From assembly GCA_965645245.1 (NCBI GenBank), contig OZ287082.1, forward strand, positions 744,001-808,000: 64,000 bases of DNA, in the 5' to 3' direction. Under the pieces are notes generated by a model. It was not told the DNA's origin. It worked only from the letters and a program-made list of their open reading frames with translations, and did no database searches. The translations under genes and the position numbers were made by a program. This DNA comes from Massalongia carnosa (Eukaryota). Each line of letters begins with the position of its first letter. Position 1 is the first letter of the stretch. Shown here piece after piece: positions 35,576-48,330 of this stretch.

Positions 35576-36691
35576 ATGGCACCACGAGGTCGTCCTGCTG
35601 CATCTGCTAGAGGTAACCCCATTACCCAACCTGAAGGAACTGACGATTCTTCTACAACGCGTACCTCTGGCGAGGGGCCTGGTAATGACCAGCGACTACC
35701 AACTATGGAAGAGATACAACAGGAGTTGGATGATATCAACGACCAGCGCGCCCGAGCCCAATTGGCAACTAACCTCGAAAAGGCCAGGGCCGAACGAGAT
35801 GCTGGTTTCCCAACAGAACCTCCTACTATGACAATACCCATCAGAGCAAAAGAAGTGGACCCTCTTAGTCTCGAAAAGTCCTTTAAAGTTGCTGACCCTA
35901 AGCTTTACACGGGTACTAATCAGAAGGACTATGAGACCTTCATTAGAGAATGTCAAGGGACGTTCGAGACTAAACCTATCACTTATGCGACTGACAGGGC
36001 AAAGATTCGCTATGCTGAGAACTTTATTGACGGCACCCCGGCAAATCACTGGCATCGCGAAAGACGAACCCCAGACCAACCCTCCTATACGTGGGAACAT
36101 ATGACTCACTTTTTACAGGAGAAACTCAAACCCAAACACCTCCGACTATTAGACATCGGCGGTCAATTAAAGAAGCTTAAACAACGTCCGGGTCAATCCG
36201 TCTCGGAATTGGTTTCTTACTTGGAAACTCTCGAAGATCAACTACCGGAAAGGCCTTCGGAGTCACAAAAGCATAGTAACCTCTTACATTCCCTACATGA
36301 CTACTTGCAACGAGCTATTATTCGTGCCAACTCACAAAGCAAGAATCGTGTAGAGTTGATCGAAGCCGTACGAGTGGCCGAGCGAGTGGAGCCGAAACCC
36401 GACTTTCTTCGCACCACCTCTACTAGAACACAATCTCGTTCTGAAAAGGGAGAGAGATCCTCACGGCCGTCGTACGCCCGGCGATCCTCTACCTATATGA
36501 GAACCACCTCTTCTAAACCCGATAAGCCCAAGGACGCTAACACGACACAGGCTGTTGTTACTCGGCCTAATTCCAAGAGGCCTCGTGAAGAAAATTACGA
36601 CAACTCTGGAATTACATGCTGGAATTGTAACAAGAAAGGTCACAAACGCTCCGAGTGTAGAGCACTATCTCGAAGGTCGGGAAAAGCGTAG
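35576..36691 (+). CDS. gag: Gypsy-2 Gag
   Basis: 371-aa ORF; LKQRPGQSVSE motif; CWNCNKKGHKRSEC knuckle. Confidence 0.92.
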   Translation: MAPRGRPAASARGNPITQPEGTDDSSTTRTSGEGPGNDQRLPTMEEIQQELDDINDQRARAQLATNLEKARAERDAGFPTEPPTMTIPIRAKEVDPLSLEKSFKVADPKLYTGTNQKDYETFIRECQGTFETKPITYATDRAKIRYAENFIDGTPANHWHRERRTPDQPSYTWEHMTHFLQEKLKPKHLRLLDIGGQLKKLKQRPGQSVSELVSYLETLEDQLPERPSESQKHSNLLHSLHDYLQRAIIRANSQSKNRVELIEAVRVAERVEPKPDFLRTTSTRTQSRSEKGERSSRPSYARRSSTYMRTTSSKPDKPKDANTTQAVVTRPNSKRPREENYDNSGITCWNCNKKGHKRSECRALSRRSGKA

Positions 36692-36717
36692 AGCCAATCG
36701 ATGTTGCCTCGATTGTT

Positions 36718-39700
36718 TTGGCTCGCAGACAAAGAGGTGAAACGTTAAAACATCAATTTACTGTAGTGACATTATGCATTGACAAGGTACTTCTGCAAAT
36801 ACGCGCTATTATCGACTGCGGTTCTACTTGGAATTTCCTTTCCCATATAAAGGTGAAGGAGGCTGCCTTACAAATCCCTGTCGAGTCCCCACCGCCGTCG
36901 GAGTTGAAGATACTGGATGGAACGCCTCTACAAAATTATCATAATCACACTCTACAAGTTGAAGTCGTTGATGATAAGGGTGTAGAGGTACGAGCGGATC
37001 AAACGTTCGTGGGTGCTGACATGTTTGGCGTTGATATGATACTGGGAATGCCCTGGCTAGATCAGGTTGACCCGGTTATCCGCTAGCATGAGCGCAAATT
37101 GTTCCATGTTCGTCCATCGGAAAACGAGGACGGTCAGGCGTGTCTGCATGAGGTCTATGACCTTGAGACTGGTGAGCCTGTAGTCGAGCGGACCCAAGTC
37201 CCTCGAAGTAATACTTCCAATAGTCATCCAGATATAGCTGTAGTGGACTCGCAGGGGATAAGAAGGCTGTGCGTAGAAGAGGGAATACAAGCATTTCTTC
37301 TAAATGTTCAAGATCTCGACCAAACGGGAACAGTAATTGGTTCTGTGACTGAAGTACCAACTGAAATCCCTTCCAAATATGCCGACTATAGTGATGTGTT
37401 CTCCAAAGAGAAAGCATATAAACTACCGGAACATGGACCTCATGATCATGCGATTGAGACCGAAGGAAACATTCCCTTCGGGCCTATTTATAATTTATCG
37501 CTGACAGAATTAAATGCACTCCGTGAGTATTTGGACGAGCAATTAGCTAATGGTTACATAGTTCCAAGCAAGTCCTCGGCTGGAGCACCAATATTATTCG
37601 CGAAGAAAAAAGATGGTGGCCTGCGACTATGCGTCGATTATCGAGGTCTTAATGCAGTAACGATCAAAAACCGTTATCTACTCCTATTAATTCAAGGATT
37701 AGTTGAAGTGTTGATTGGAGAGCTAATCTTTACCAAATTCGACATTCGGGACGCCTTCAACTCTATACGCATTAGACCCAGCGATGAACGGAAGACAGCG
37801 TTTAGATGCAGGTACGGTCATTACGAATATCTAGTAATGCATTTTGGGTTAGCGAATGCACCTGCCACGTTTCAGGCGTATATTCACGAAGCTCTAAGGG
37901 AATACCTGGGCGTATTCGTAGTAGTGTATCTGGACGATATTTTGTTGTTTTCTAAAAAAATCGAAGAGCATGCAAATCACGTTCGAATGATACTCGAGAA
38001 GCTTCGGAAATATAATCTGCATGCGAAACTTTCCAAATGCCTTTTCGATAAGTCCGAGATTGAATACTTAGGATTTATTTTGACTCCAACGGGCACAAGA
38101 ATGGACCACTCTCGCATAACGACGATAACAAACTGGCCAGAACCCAAAAATCATAGGGACGTACAAGTCTTCTTGGGTTTTGCGAACTTCTATAGACGAT
38201 TTATAGACGGATTTTCGCGGATAGTAACTGCCCTTACTACTCTTCTCAAAGGAGGAAAAAGGGGTAAATTCGACGGCCAGTTTACGTTCACAAAGGAAGC
38301 CAAGGAATCCTTCGAAAAATTAAAACTTGTTTTCACGACTGCTCCCATGCTATTGCACTTCGACCCCAAGAGGAAAATCCAATTAGAAACGGACGCCTCA
38401 GGAGTCGCGATTTCTGCAATTATATCATAGTTAGTCGAAGAAACCGGACGCTGGCATCCTATCGCCTTTTGGTCGAGGAAAATGACCCCAGCTGAACTCA
38501 ATTATGGAGTGGGCGAAACTGAGATGTTAGCGATCGTCGAAGCATGCAAGCAATGGCGACACTATCTTGAAGGGGCAATGCATCCTATTCGTGTGATCAC
38601 CGATTACTGCAACCTTCGTACGTTTCTCACCACCAAGAATTTATCGCGAAGAGAAGCGCGATGGTAGGAAAGACTCTCTAGTCTCGACTTGGTAATTGAA
38701 TACCGACCAGGGCGCTATAATCCTGCGGACGGGCCTTCAAGGCGTCCAGACTAATGCTGGAAATAAACCCAACTTGTCTTATCAAGTCGGTACAGTAGTT
38801 TCCAGTGAAGCAGGGGAGCCACTGGGTATTCGACAGGGGACAGAGAAACTCGAAGAAATGTTCGGGACGAAGAAGTGGGTGGTTGCGTCGATAACTGGCA
38901 TCCCTGTAACTGTTCCTAGGGGATATGTTATGGAATGGGAGCCCACTGTTGATAGCACAATTGTGCATGGATTCATAGAACCTGAATCTGTTAACGGAAC
39001 TGATTATGAATCAGGGGACTCTTCCGTTGATGAGACCGAAAATGGTCCAAGCGCGCGTTCCTTGCTGGCTACTGAAGGGACTGAGAATGAAACTCTCGAG
39101 GTTCTTGGAGCAGTAAGAAGGGTTAAGGAGAAGAGAAAGTCTTCACCTAAACTGGACGAGGAAAAGGCCGATTCGAAGCCTACAGAGTTCCAACTCGTGG
39201 AGACATCCGAGAAGGAGTCTCGAATTTCTCTAGAACAATCAAAGGAAGTTTCAGAGAAGGACTCAGCCTTTACTGCTCCACCGCTCGAGTTAAGCACCGT
39301 CCTTCTGGCACTGCAAGAGTCTGATCAACTCGCGCAGCAGAGACGGCCCCTTGCCGCCTCGTCGGCACAGTGGGAGCAACACAAGAGGGAGAGTTTGTAT
39401 GGAACGCTGGAAGTCAACAAAGGTGTCCAAAGTCACTCGCAGGTAGATACCCTGGCATTGGAAGGGAAACCGCGGGGAGATAATAAAGACAAAGAAAACC
39501 TTTGGCATATAGAAGACGGCCTTTTATGCAGAGACAATAAATGGTACGTACCTTCAGGCATATTGAGAGAAGCGCTACTGCGACAGAATCATGACGACCC
39601 CAATACGGGCCACTTTGGAGTTAGGCGGAGAGTGGAATTAATTCAAAGAAAACACTACTGGTCTAAAATGCGAAGAGATATCAAAAGTTATGTCGAAACC

Positions 39701-40893
39701 TGTACACGTTGTCATCAGGTCAAGGCTCCAAGACATAAGCCTTACGGAGAATTGGTGTCGTTGCCAATCCCCCAAGGACCTAGACAAAATTGGACAATGG
39801 ACTTTATAGCCGACCTTCCGCCAAGCATTCGGCGGGGGCAAGTTTATGACTCCATCCTGGTAACGATAGACAGGTATACGAAATTCTCTCGTTACATACC
39901 CGCACGAAAGGACTGGGAAGCTGAGACCATGAGCGATGTCCTTGTCGAAGAAATATTTACCAAATTCGGTATGCCAGTGTCGATTGTAACAGATTGGAGA
40001 AGTCTTTTCACCTCCAAATTCTGGTCGCACTTCTGTTATCACCTCCGAGTACGGCTCAATTATAGCACAGCCTTCTATCCTCAAACCGATGGGCAGACGG
40101 AGAGACAAAACCAAACCTTAGTACAGTACCTGAGGTGTTATGTGAACTATCAGCAAGATGACTGGTTATATTGGTTACCAATAGCTGACTTTGCTTACAA
40201 CAATAGCTTGCACAGCGTTATCAACATGACACCGATCGAAGTTATGTTCGGGGAAGCCCCAAAGTGGGAAGATAGTATTCTCGAAGCAAGGGATAGCGAG
40301 ACCCCAGTGGCTCGCCTTCGAGCGGTGAACATGCTGAAACAAAGAGAAAAGTTGCGGAAACTTCTCAATGAGGCTGTAAACTCTCAAGCTAAGTTCTATA
40401 ATGAAAAACGTATGCCCAAGAGATATAAAGTAGGTGAGAAAGTCCTGCTGAGCGCTAAAACATCAAGTCTTCTAGGCTATCCAAGAAATTGGATTATAAA
40501 TATTATGGACCATATGAGATAATAGATCTCGTGTGGAAGAGTGCTTACCGCCTGCGACTGCCAAGCTTACTGAAGGGAGTACATAATGTATTTCATGTCT
40601 CCTTGTTAGAACCCCACATTATAGATCCAAAAAGAGGATCAGAAGAGCCTCCCGCAATAGAGGTCGCGGGGGTAGAGCAGTGGGAAGTAGAGAAAATCCT
40701 AGACAGTAGGATTCATTATGGTAAACTCCAATACTTTGTGAAATGGTTAGGCTACTCAGATACAGATAATCAATGGTTACCAGTCGAAGACATGGAAGGA
40801 TCTCAGTACCTATTTAGAATATATCATCAGCAATATCCAGCAAATCCTGATGATTCTCACGCCGAGAAAAGACGGAAGAGGAACAAGAAATGA
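36718..40893 (+). pseudogene. pol: Gypsy-2 Pol (PR, RT, RH, INT, chromodomain), disrupted
   Basis: IIDCGS, LRLCVDYRGLN, YLDD, LETDAS, PQTDGQTER, YGPY, WEVEKILDSR..YFVKWLGY; several stops and frameshifts. Confidence 0.95.
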
Positions 40894-43800
40894 GAGCAAA
40901 TCAGTCCTTATTGACCTTGTAGCCATCAAGGTCAATCCCCTCCCATTCTTCCCACGTATCCTCGTGAGGAGGGAAGGCAACACCGCGCGACCCGCGAGAG
41001 GCCGAAGAATGCCCGGTGGGGGGACGAGCCACACGTGAAGGAGGCGCACGCACACCATCTCTTGAAGGCCCGCGATAGGCCGGCGAGCCCGAGGCAGAGC
41101 GCGAAGCCGAAGTTGACCCTCCCTCTATATAAAATCCGGACGAGCTCTCACAACCCGACGAACGCCCACTGGGATACAAAAGACACAGAAGGCCGACCGG
41201 AACGGGAAGGAAGCGACCGCAGGGGCCGAGGAACCGGGGACGGAGGAGCCGAGGACAGATACAGAGGACAGCGCAGAGCGAGAAGAAATTGATATGGCCT
41301 CACCAACCGCAAGAGAACGAGCTGAAGACCGAGCAACAGAAGGGGAATCGCCAGGAACACGTACTTTCCTCAGACCAGAAGGCGGAAGACGTCTTCCACT
41401 ACAGCGAGGTAGTGGGGAATCCCCGAGCTCATCAGGGGACAAGGAAGGGGCTGAAATATCACGGTATTCTGGAGTTTTGGGTATTATGATTGTGCTTGTA
41501 GAAGGGAGAAAGGAAAGAGAAAGATGGGGAGTTTTATGAGGAGTGAGGATTATTCACACTTTCTTCACGAAACCTCACTGGAATTCACTACACTGGCCGA
41601 TAACTCACCAGTTCTACTGGAGATATGACTCAAACGACATGATCGGAGATTCTGGATGCAGAGCTTGAGTCGCATGTGCGAGACTCTGAAGGCAAAAGCA
41701 GGAATCATGTTTGGAATGTCAAAGGACTCATAACAGGGGACTCGACGGGGGTAAAGCTGAGGATGAATTGAGACTATACAAAACGCGACAGTAAGCTTAT
41801 GAGGACATGAGCCCTAGGAGGAGGGTAATGTCAGGACAGCTTCCTACAAGACATGAAGCGGTCGCACCCTTCTGCAGGGGGTGCGCGGGAAGACACCTAT
41901 GCGATAGTCTAAACCGGTCCAATCATGTAATAGTAATTAGTTTGACGAACGTGGCCTGATCAAGGTGGGGCTATTGGATAAAGAGCCCTTCGCCCACCAC
42001 TTTCGGAGGGCCACTGATCCATCTATTGATTACACTCCACCTACTGTTATTCCATAGCGACTCCTATTCTAATTTCCTACCACTACTGTAGAGCCATATA
42101 GTCACACTGTTCGTACTTCGCCTCACAATGTCACGTTTCAATGACAATCTGATGAGAACGCTATTCGTATGCATCGAGAAATGATGCAAAATCTGAATTT
42201 AACGAAAAAGAGCTCGAATAAAAACGCTCAAGACTATAATTTTCTGAAAGATTTACACATGACGTTATAGAAAGATATTAGCTCACTTATTGTGAGCGTA
42301 TGATGAATTTTTCGAATTATAGATTGTTCAAGGGTGCGTGCTACTGCACGATAATATAATATATCACAGTTCATACGATTTGTCACTTCACATGGAGTTA
42401 TTAAATAAATATTTCGATATTTCATTGATTACATGATGTAACGATAGGCAAGCGTTTAAAATCTTGTTGTTTTTTATTTGCTATGCTTCACGCCGCAAAA
42501 GAATTTTACAAAAATCTTTATTCTCGATATCATGTCGTTCAAAGTTTGAAAGATTTTTATACGAAAACGCTCATATCGCATAACGTGTTTTTGAATCTGC
42601 CTTATTGTTTTCCCTGTCATTTTTTCAATTCAACAAGTTCTGTCGCAAACATGAAAATCACTTCATGAAAATTTATTATAAACTTCATTATCTTAAATGA
42701 TTCGTCTGAGATTCTTGAGTCTGCTACGAATTCTATGAAAATTCAGAATATACATGCGACTCAAGATCGAGATCGAGTTCATCATGCGAGGCGATTCGCT
42801 ACGTATGAAGACGACAAAAATGTTAATTTTCAACGATTAAAAATTATTTTCAAAGTTCCAGGTTTCTTTGAAATCTCATGCTGAATTGTCAGTTATAAGC
42901 GTACGAAAATCGGAATATTAATCTCAATTATCTCTGGACATAACACCCAAAATTATTGCTAATTTGATTGTTCGAGAGTTTGCCAAGATCAATAATAGCA
43001 AAACAAGGAAATGAATCAAAGTTTGTAAATTTTTATGCAGTCGTTTCTTTCGTATAAAGTTGTTTTATTAACTTATATTAATCATAATAAATATAATTCT
43101 ACATGAGAATACGAAATTTAAGTATTCGTCTGTCTTTCTTCACAAATTCATTCTATCGAAAATGATCTCTTACGATTTCTTGAAGTTCACTTTCGCGACA
43201 GTGTATTTGACATGCGATTGAACAGAGAAAAAGGATTTCACGAATTCGAATCGCAGTGCAAGTGATGTGACTTAATTGAACGAATATCTGCAGTATTTTA
43301 AAAAGTCTGTTGTCAATGAATACAACATGTGAATCATCGTAAAAATATCGAATATCTCGTACAATTCACAAGACATCTCAAATAAAGACACTGTGTAGAT
43401 ATTGAAGACTTTTATGAAGTCGGAAATTAAAGTTCAATTTAATTTAAACTTTAAGATTAAGTTGAAAAAGAAGCACTTCGTCGAACTTGTCAAAAAGATA
43501 ATCTTCAATCAGAAAAGTATTTCTGATGCACATGTCAAGATATGACTCGTACGTGTTATTGCATTCTTATGTTAACAATTTACAGAAAGAATTAATCGAT
43601 TCTTCATTTTCTTTATTGAAAAATCGTCGAACGAGATTCAAGATGAATTTAAATTTGAAAGAACAGAATAATTGAAATTCTATTTATTACAGATTGATGA
43701 AAAGATTGCTTCTTGTGAATTTTCTTATATACACATGTTTTATGTTTCGTACGACACGAGTTAATGATCGTCTTAATTTACAACATTAAATTAATTTTAA

Positions 43801-44229
43801 TTTCAGAATTTAAGCGAAAGCATTTGAAGTTCGACGACATCGACCTTTACATACAACATTCAAAAATGATTCGTACGAGCGATAAATTTCAAATAACACT
43901 GATGCAATCTTGTAACAATACAGTAAATATTATTTTGTCTCAATTATAAATTAATTTTGTGTTTTTCGTTTTTCTTGATTCTTTTTCTTCTCATCATCAT
44001 GTACGTTGATTTATTGTCAAATACTCGTACGAGATCTATTGAACCGATTCTTGTATTATTTAGAATCTTAGTTCTTTACAACGTCTTCGTCGTCGTCGTC
44101 GTCGTCATTCAGCAGAATCTCGTTCTCATTGTAAAACAACAGCAGCTGATCTTCTTCGTACAAAGCTCGCAGGAACGAGCGATTCTAATTTTATCAAAGC
44201 AGAACGTAAAGTTCGTACGCGACAGTATA

Positions 44230-45256
44230 TGTAATGGGCTACGAGACCAGTAAGCTTATCACGAGCGACACTGATCTCGAAAGGGGAAATGCTCAGCGTG
44301 AGAGGAGGAAGATAGCTACTACGTGCTAGTCTCCGAGAGTATACATGATCCAAAGAACTAATGGTGGAAGTGTTTAGACCAAGAGATCTCGTCCGAGACC
44401 TAAACGTAGGTTGTTCATAGAATAAAGACTAATTGCTAACGAATACTACAAGATTCGTTCTGATATTTATCCTACTCACCCCAAGCCTATAGCCTTGGGA
44501 GCCTTGGAACCTTAGGAGCCTTGTAAGCCTTGGGAGTCTTGCGAGCATTACAGCCTTGCAATCCACATCCGACTTTATCGCATTAAATCCAACTATCCTT
44601 CAGGATCCATCCACTAACTCCGCGTTCGCTGGATCATCTAGTCAGCCTCGAGCAGCGTTCTAGATCTTCCCTTGCAAGGTAGAACAATTCTACCCCCGGC
44701 TAGATCCCTCACTACATGCCTCAGGCTATGTAGCTTCATTTCGCCGTCACCACTACCTAGTGATAGAAGTTTACCTCCGACTGAATACCTCGCTACACTG
44801 CGGACCTGCCTCTAGACACAAGGTCTAGACAACGAGGTCATGTAGGTTCCTTCAGCCGACATCACTACCAACGTAGTAATAAAGGTTGAAGCTGAAGTTT
44901 ACACCGGGGAGCCTAGCTCAAGCTGCGTCCAGCGAGCCGTGCCTCCTGCTACCTCTCTTGAACCATCAAGAGATCCAGTAGCTCCGAGTAGGCCAGTAGA
45001 TTCCATATACAGTTCCTCGGCGTCTCCACAGGAGTCCGCCTTACACTCCATGGCAATCTACCACCACGGCCTCGACAGGTGTTTGATCTGTAAGTAGTCA
45101 AGAACGTGATAACAATAACTCCGAAGTTTCGGGGCAAGATGGCAGTGTGTCAGCCTCGACGGCTTATGCGACTTCGTACTACGGCATGGTCCACGCTAGT
45201 TAATCCCGCAACCGCCATAGGCGATCACGTATCCCTCTAGCGCCATCCGTATTACA
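44230..45256. mobile_element. Long solo LTR (1027 bp)
   Basis: TGTAATGG...CGTATTACA; TSD GTATA; homologous to 23146-26252. Confidence 0.93.
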
Positions 45257-46099
45257 GTATAACTTTCGTTCAAATAGAATCGCATCGTTTCTCGTATTTC
45301 AATGACGTTCTCATTTAGTCTTGTGAAACGGCGTTGAAGCAATCGTGTCTCGCGTGTCGCAGCGTGTTTTCGAGTCTTCGTTCGTTTTCGAAGTGTCGTC
45401 GAGTAATCGAACATTTCGACGAAGCATGCATTAATTGTAAATGACACGATCATGTCAATCGCTTCTTCATACGAAAAAATGAGAATTATGATGTCGTTGT
45501 AACTAATCAGCGGCGTTTGAAATCTTTTTCGAGATATCATGTTCTTAATTATGACGAAACGACTCGAGAAATTGCATTTTTCTCTATTAAAGTGAATACG
45601 ATGATTTTTCTATGAAATTATAGCATAAGCACAAGCATTATTTAATCGTACGAAATGATTATGATACTTGAACAAAGCTTGAATTTTTATGCAGTGTTCA
45701 AAACAAGTTATTCTTGTATGAAGAGTGAAATCAAACAAATCAATTAAATTATAGTAGACAACAGAAGTCAATTAAATAGAAACTTTAATAATGAATCGTA
45801 CGAGTGAATCAAGCAAGCTCGTGTTGTGACAGTGAATATTATCGTGTGCAACCTTTAATCTTATTTCTTTTTTCTTTTTTCATTTTTTTTTTCATCATCG
45901 TTCTCGTTACTATATCTTTCCATATGTGATATCATTTATCTATTTAACAGTAAAAGCTTCGTACGAATTGATAAATTATGTTTAATGTTATCTTTTTCTT
46001 TTGTCGCTGATTTTTTCAATCATTTTATGATGATGCGAACTGTATTTCTTGAGATAAGTTCTTGTCTCAAATTGTTATCGATGATTCTAATTTGATTTA

Positions 46100-46400
46100 G
46101 TTACTTTCTTACTTCTTGCACGAAGAAATACATTTCGTCTTATTGCGAAGTTTTACGAGTCGCAAGGTGCAATTAAGACGTGCGAAAGAAATCAAGGCAC
46201 ATCAGATTGAATAAGCTCGATCTTCTTATATTCAGAGTTTAATCATAGCATCTCGAGAAGTTCTTCGTCATCTTTCGTGCGAGCGCTGCGTACAAGAATT
46301 GATATTCTTCATTGAATACTATGATTTAAATGTCTTGAAAGAAGACGCGTGTGTCAATTTCGTTTGATAAGATGCTTTGACTCAATGTCGATATCGTATG
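46100..46400 (+). pseudogene. Decayed Cys-rich DUF3716-like gene
   Basis: Manual translation RSSYIQSLIIASRE..SCERC..FFIEY..EDACVNFV**DALTQCRY resembles the RPSYI.A..I.SRG..CxxC..PF..C..GGACxNCxW..C pattern as recalled; not verified by HMM. Confidence 0.5.
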
Positions 46401-46857
46401 TAATGTTTAAAATATATGAGAATCTCATCGCTTTATTTAATTATGTTACAAACGAGATGTACGCGATCGTCGAATCTGCTTCTTCTTCAACGCAACAATT
46501 CTTCCACGTGAAAATCTTTCGTTCGTCGTCTGCATCTGCTTCAGGACCTCGTACTATTGAAATTATCGTCTCGTCGTCTTCTGCAGAAGACAGCGCTAAA
46601 ACTCAATTTTTCGAGAATTAACGAGAGCGCAGGTTGACCCTTTAAGCATATCAGATGAGATTGAAGAATATTTTTTAAATCGTACGAATTATTATTGCTG
46701 CATTACCCTAAATTCATACGATAGAAAGAAAGAAATAAGAAGAAAAGAAAGCGTAAAATTATAAATATACGTTCTTGTTTCGTCGTAATATCGCGATTCG
46801 AAAACCAAGTTTTTCGTTATGGCGGTTTGATATTTACAATCCGCTGTACAAAAAGGG

Positions 46858-47280
46858 TGTCGTTCCACGGGGTTACCCTGTAGGGGGGTGGATCGGTGAT
46901 ACTCTAAATTCCAATTGCTAGCGTTTCGGGAGTTGGTTCTTTTCGGCTGATACTCGGTAAAGGAAGCGGGGAAGTCAGTTGATAGTCTTTCTTTTAGTTA
47001 TAGATAGTTCTTTTCCTTTTAGACATGGAGAAAAAATGCTCGTAGCAACAGCTACAATACATAGTATCAACAAATACAGTTCACAGGCACGAGGCACGAG
47101 GCATACAGTGACCAGTCTAGCTATTGTTCTATTCTTCTCTTGTTTGTTTGTTCTCTTTCACTCCTAGCAGTAGTGGACCACGCATACGACCCAATTCATC
47201 CTTCCACATCCCTCGGGAAATGTGACAACTACACTGAGGGACTCTCTCGAGGGATAGCCAGGAGATACAGTCCCGTGTCA
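46858..47280. mobile_element. Probable LTR-like insertion
   Basis: Normal-composition island in AT-rich relic, bounded by TGTC...TGTCA; no convincing TSD. Confidence 0.35.
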
Positions 47281-48330
47281 AATGTTATCGTGATTTCGCG
47301 ATTTAACCTATCAACTTATCAACTTCGATCTCATCATTTCATCATGTCACGTACTTCGTTGACTTCAATTTCTGATAATAAGTCTTGTAAAATCGAATTG
47401 AATCAAGGTTAAAGAAATCTGATTGATTGTTGAAGTTCAAGCTTTGAGGTATTCATCGTTCGAAATTGTAAAAATATTAAATTTGTCTTGAATTATCGTC
47501 ATTTATAATTTTTATAAGCATTCAAAAGGTAACAACGAAAAATTCAAACCGCGATCGAAGATACATCATCAAATTTATTTAAATGAATTTACGCATCATT
47601 TACACGCAGTTACGTACGAAAATTAAAATTTAATGTAATCGATTTACTTTTTATCAAACGTTTAAAAATTATGATTTAATAAATTAATTGATTAAGAAAC
47701 AATCTTTGTTGACGCTCGAAATAACTAAAAAGAAATTAAATTGATGCTTGTTTTGACGTGAATAAACTTTAAATAATAGTCAAAAATAATATAATCAAAC
47801 GAATACTCGAAAAAAAAAGACCAAGAAAATAGTTTCAATAATTCGGATTTTCAAACTAAAAATAAAAAAAACTTATGATACAACCGTACGACAAAGAAAA
47901 AAAATCAGAATCATGATATAAAAGACTTTTTGAAAAAAAAGTAAACCGAATTTTTACAAATTGATTCACAATTTCGAGCCAAAAAAATTGAGAAATTTAG
48001 CGAACTTATATTTGAAATTATTAAACGATAATCTGCTTGAAATTTGAAATTCAGATTTAATTTTCATGTAGAATAATATTCTTATTCATATTGTTAAAAG
48101 AATAAAGAAATAATTCGATGAAAACGATAAAATAATTATCGATTAATCTTTTTATTCTTTTGATTTAAACTTTATCGAGCATGTTAAATACGTGTTTAAG
48201 AAGCTTGTTTACCACATCAATTCGAATATCGACTCGATAACTGATGATAATGATAAAATTCGCGAGATAGTTAAACAAATTTGAAAAAAGCAATAGTCTT
48301 GCTAAATGATAAAATGCTGAAGAATTTAAT

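Larger units (their letters stand above)
35237..42127 (+). mobile_element. Full-length Ty3/Gypsy chromovirus (Gypsy-2)
   Basis: 299-bp LTRs at 35237-35535 and 41829-42127 (about 13 differences by eye); TSD ATGTC; PPT AGGAGGAGGG before 41829. Confidence 0.97.
34640..48330. other. Ancient AT-rich, heavily mutated relic DNA hosting younger insertions
   Basis: 34640-35236, 42133-44229 and 45257-48330 are AT-rich and visibly poor in CC/GG, with only short broken ORFs. Confidence 0.7.
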
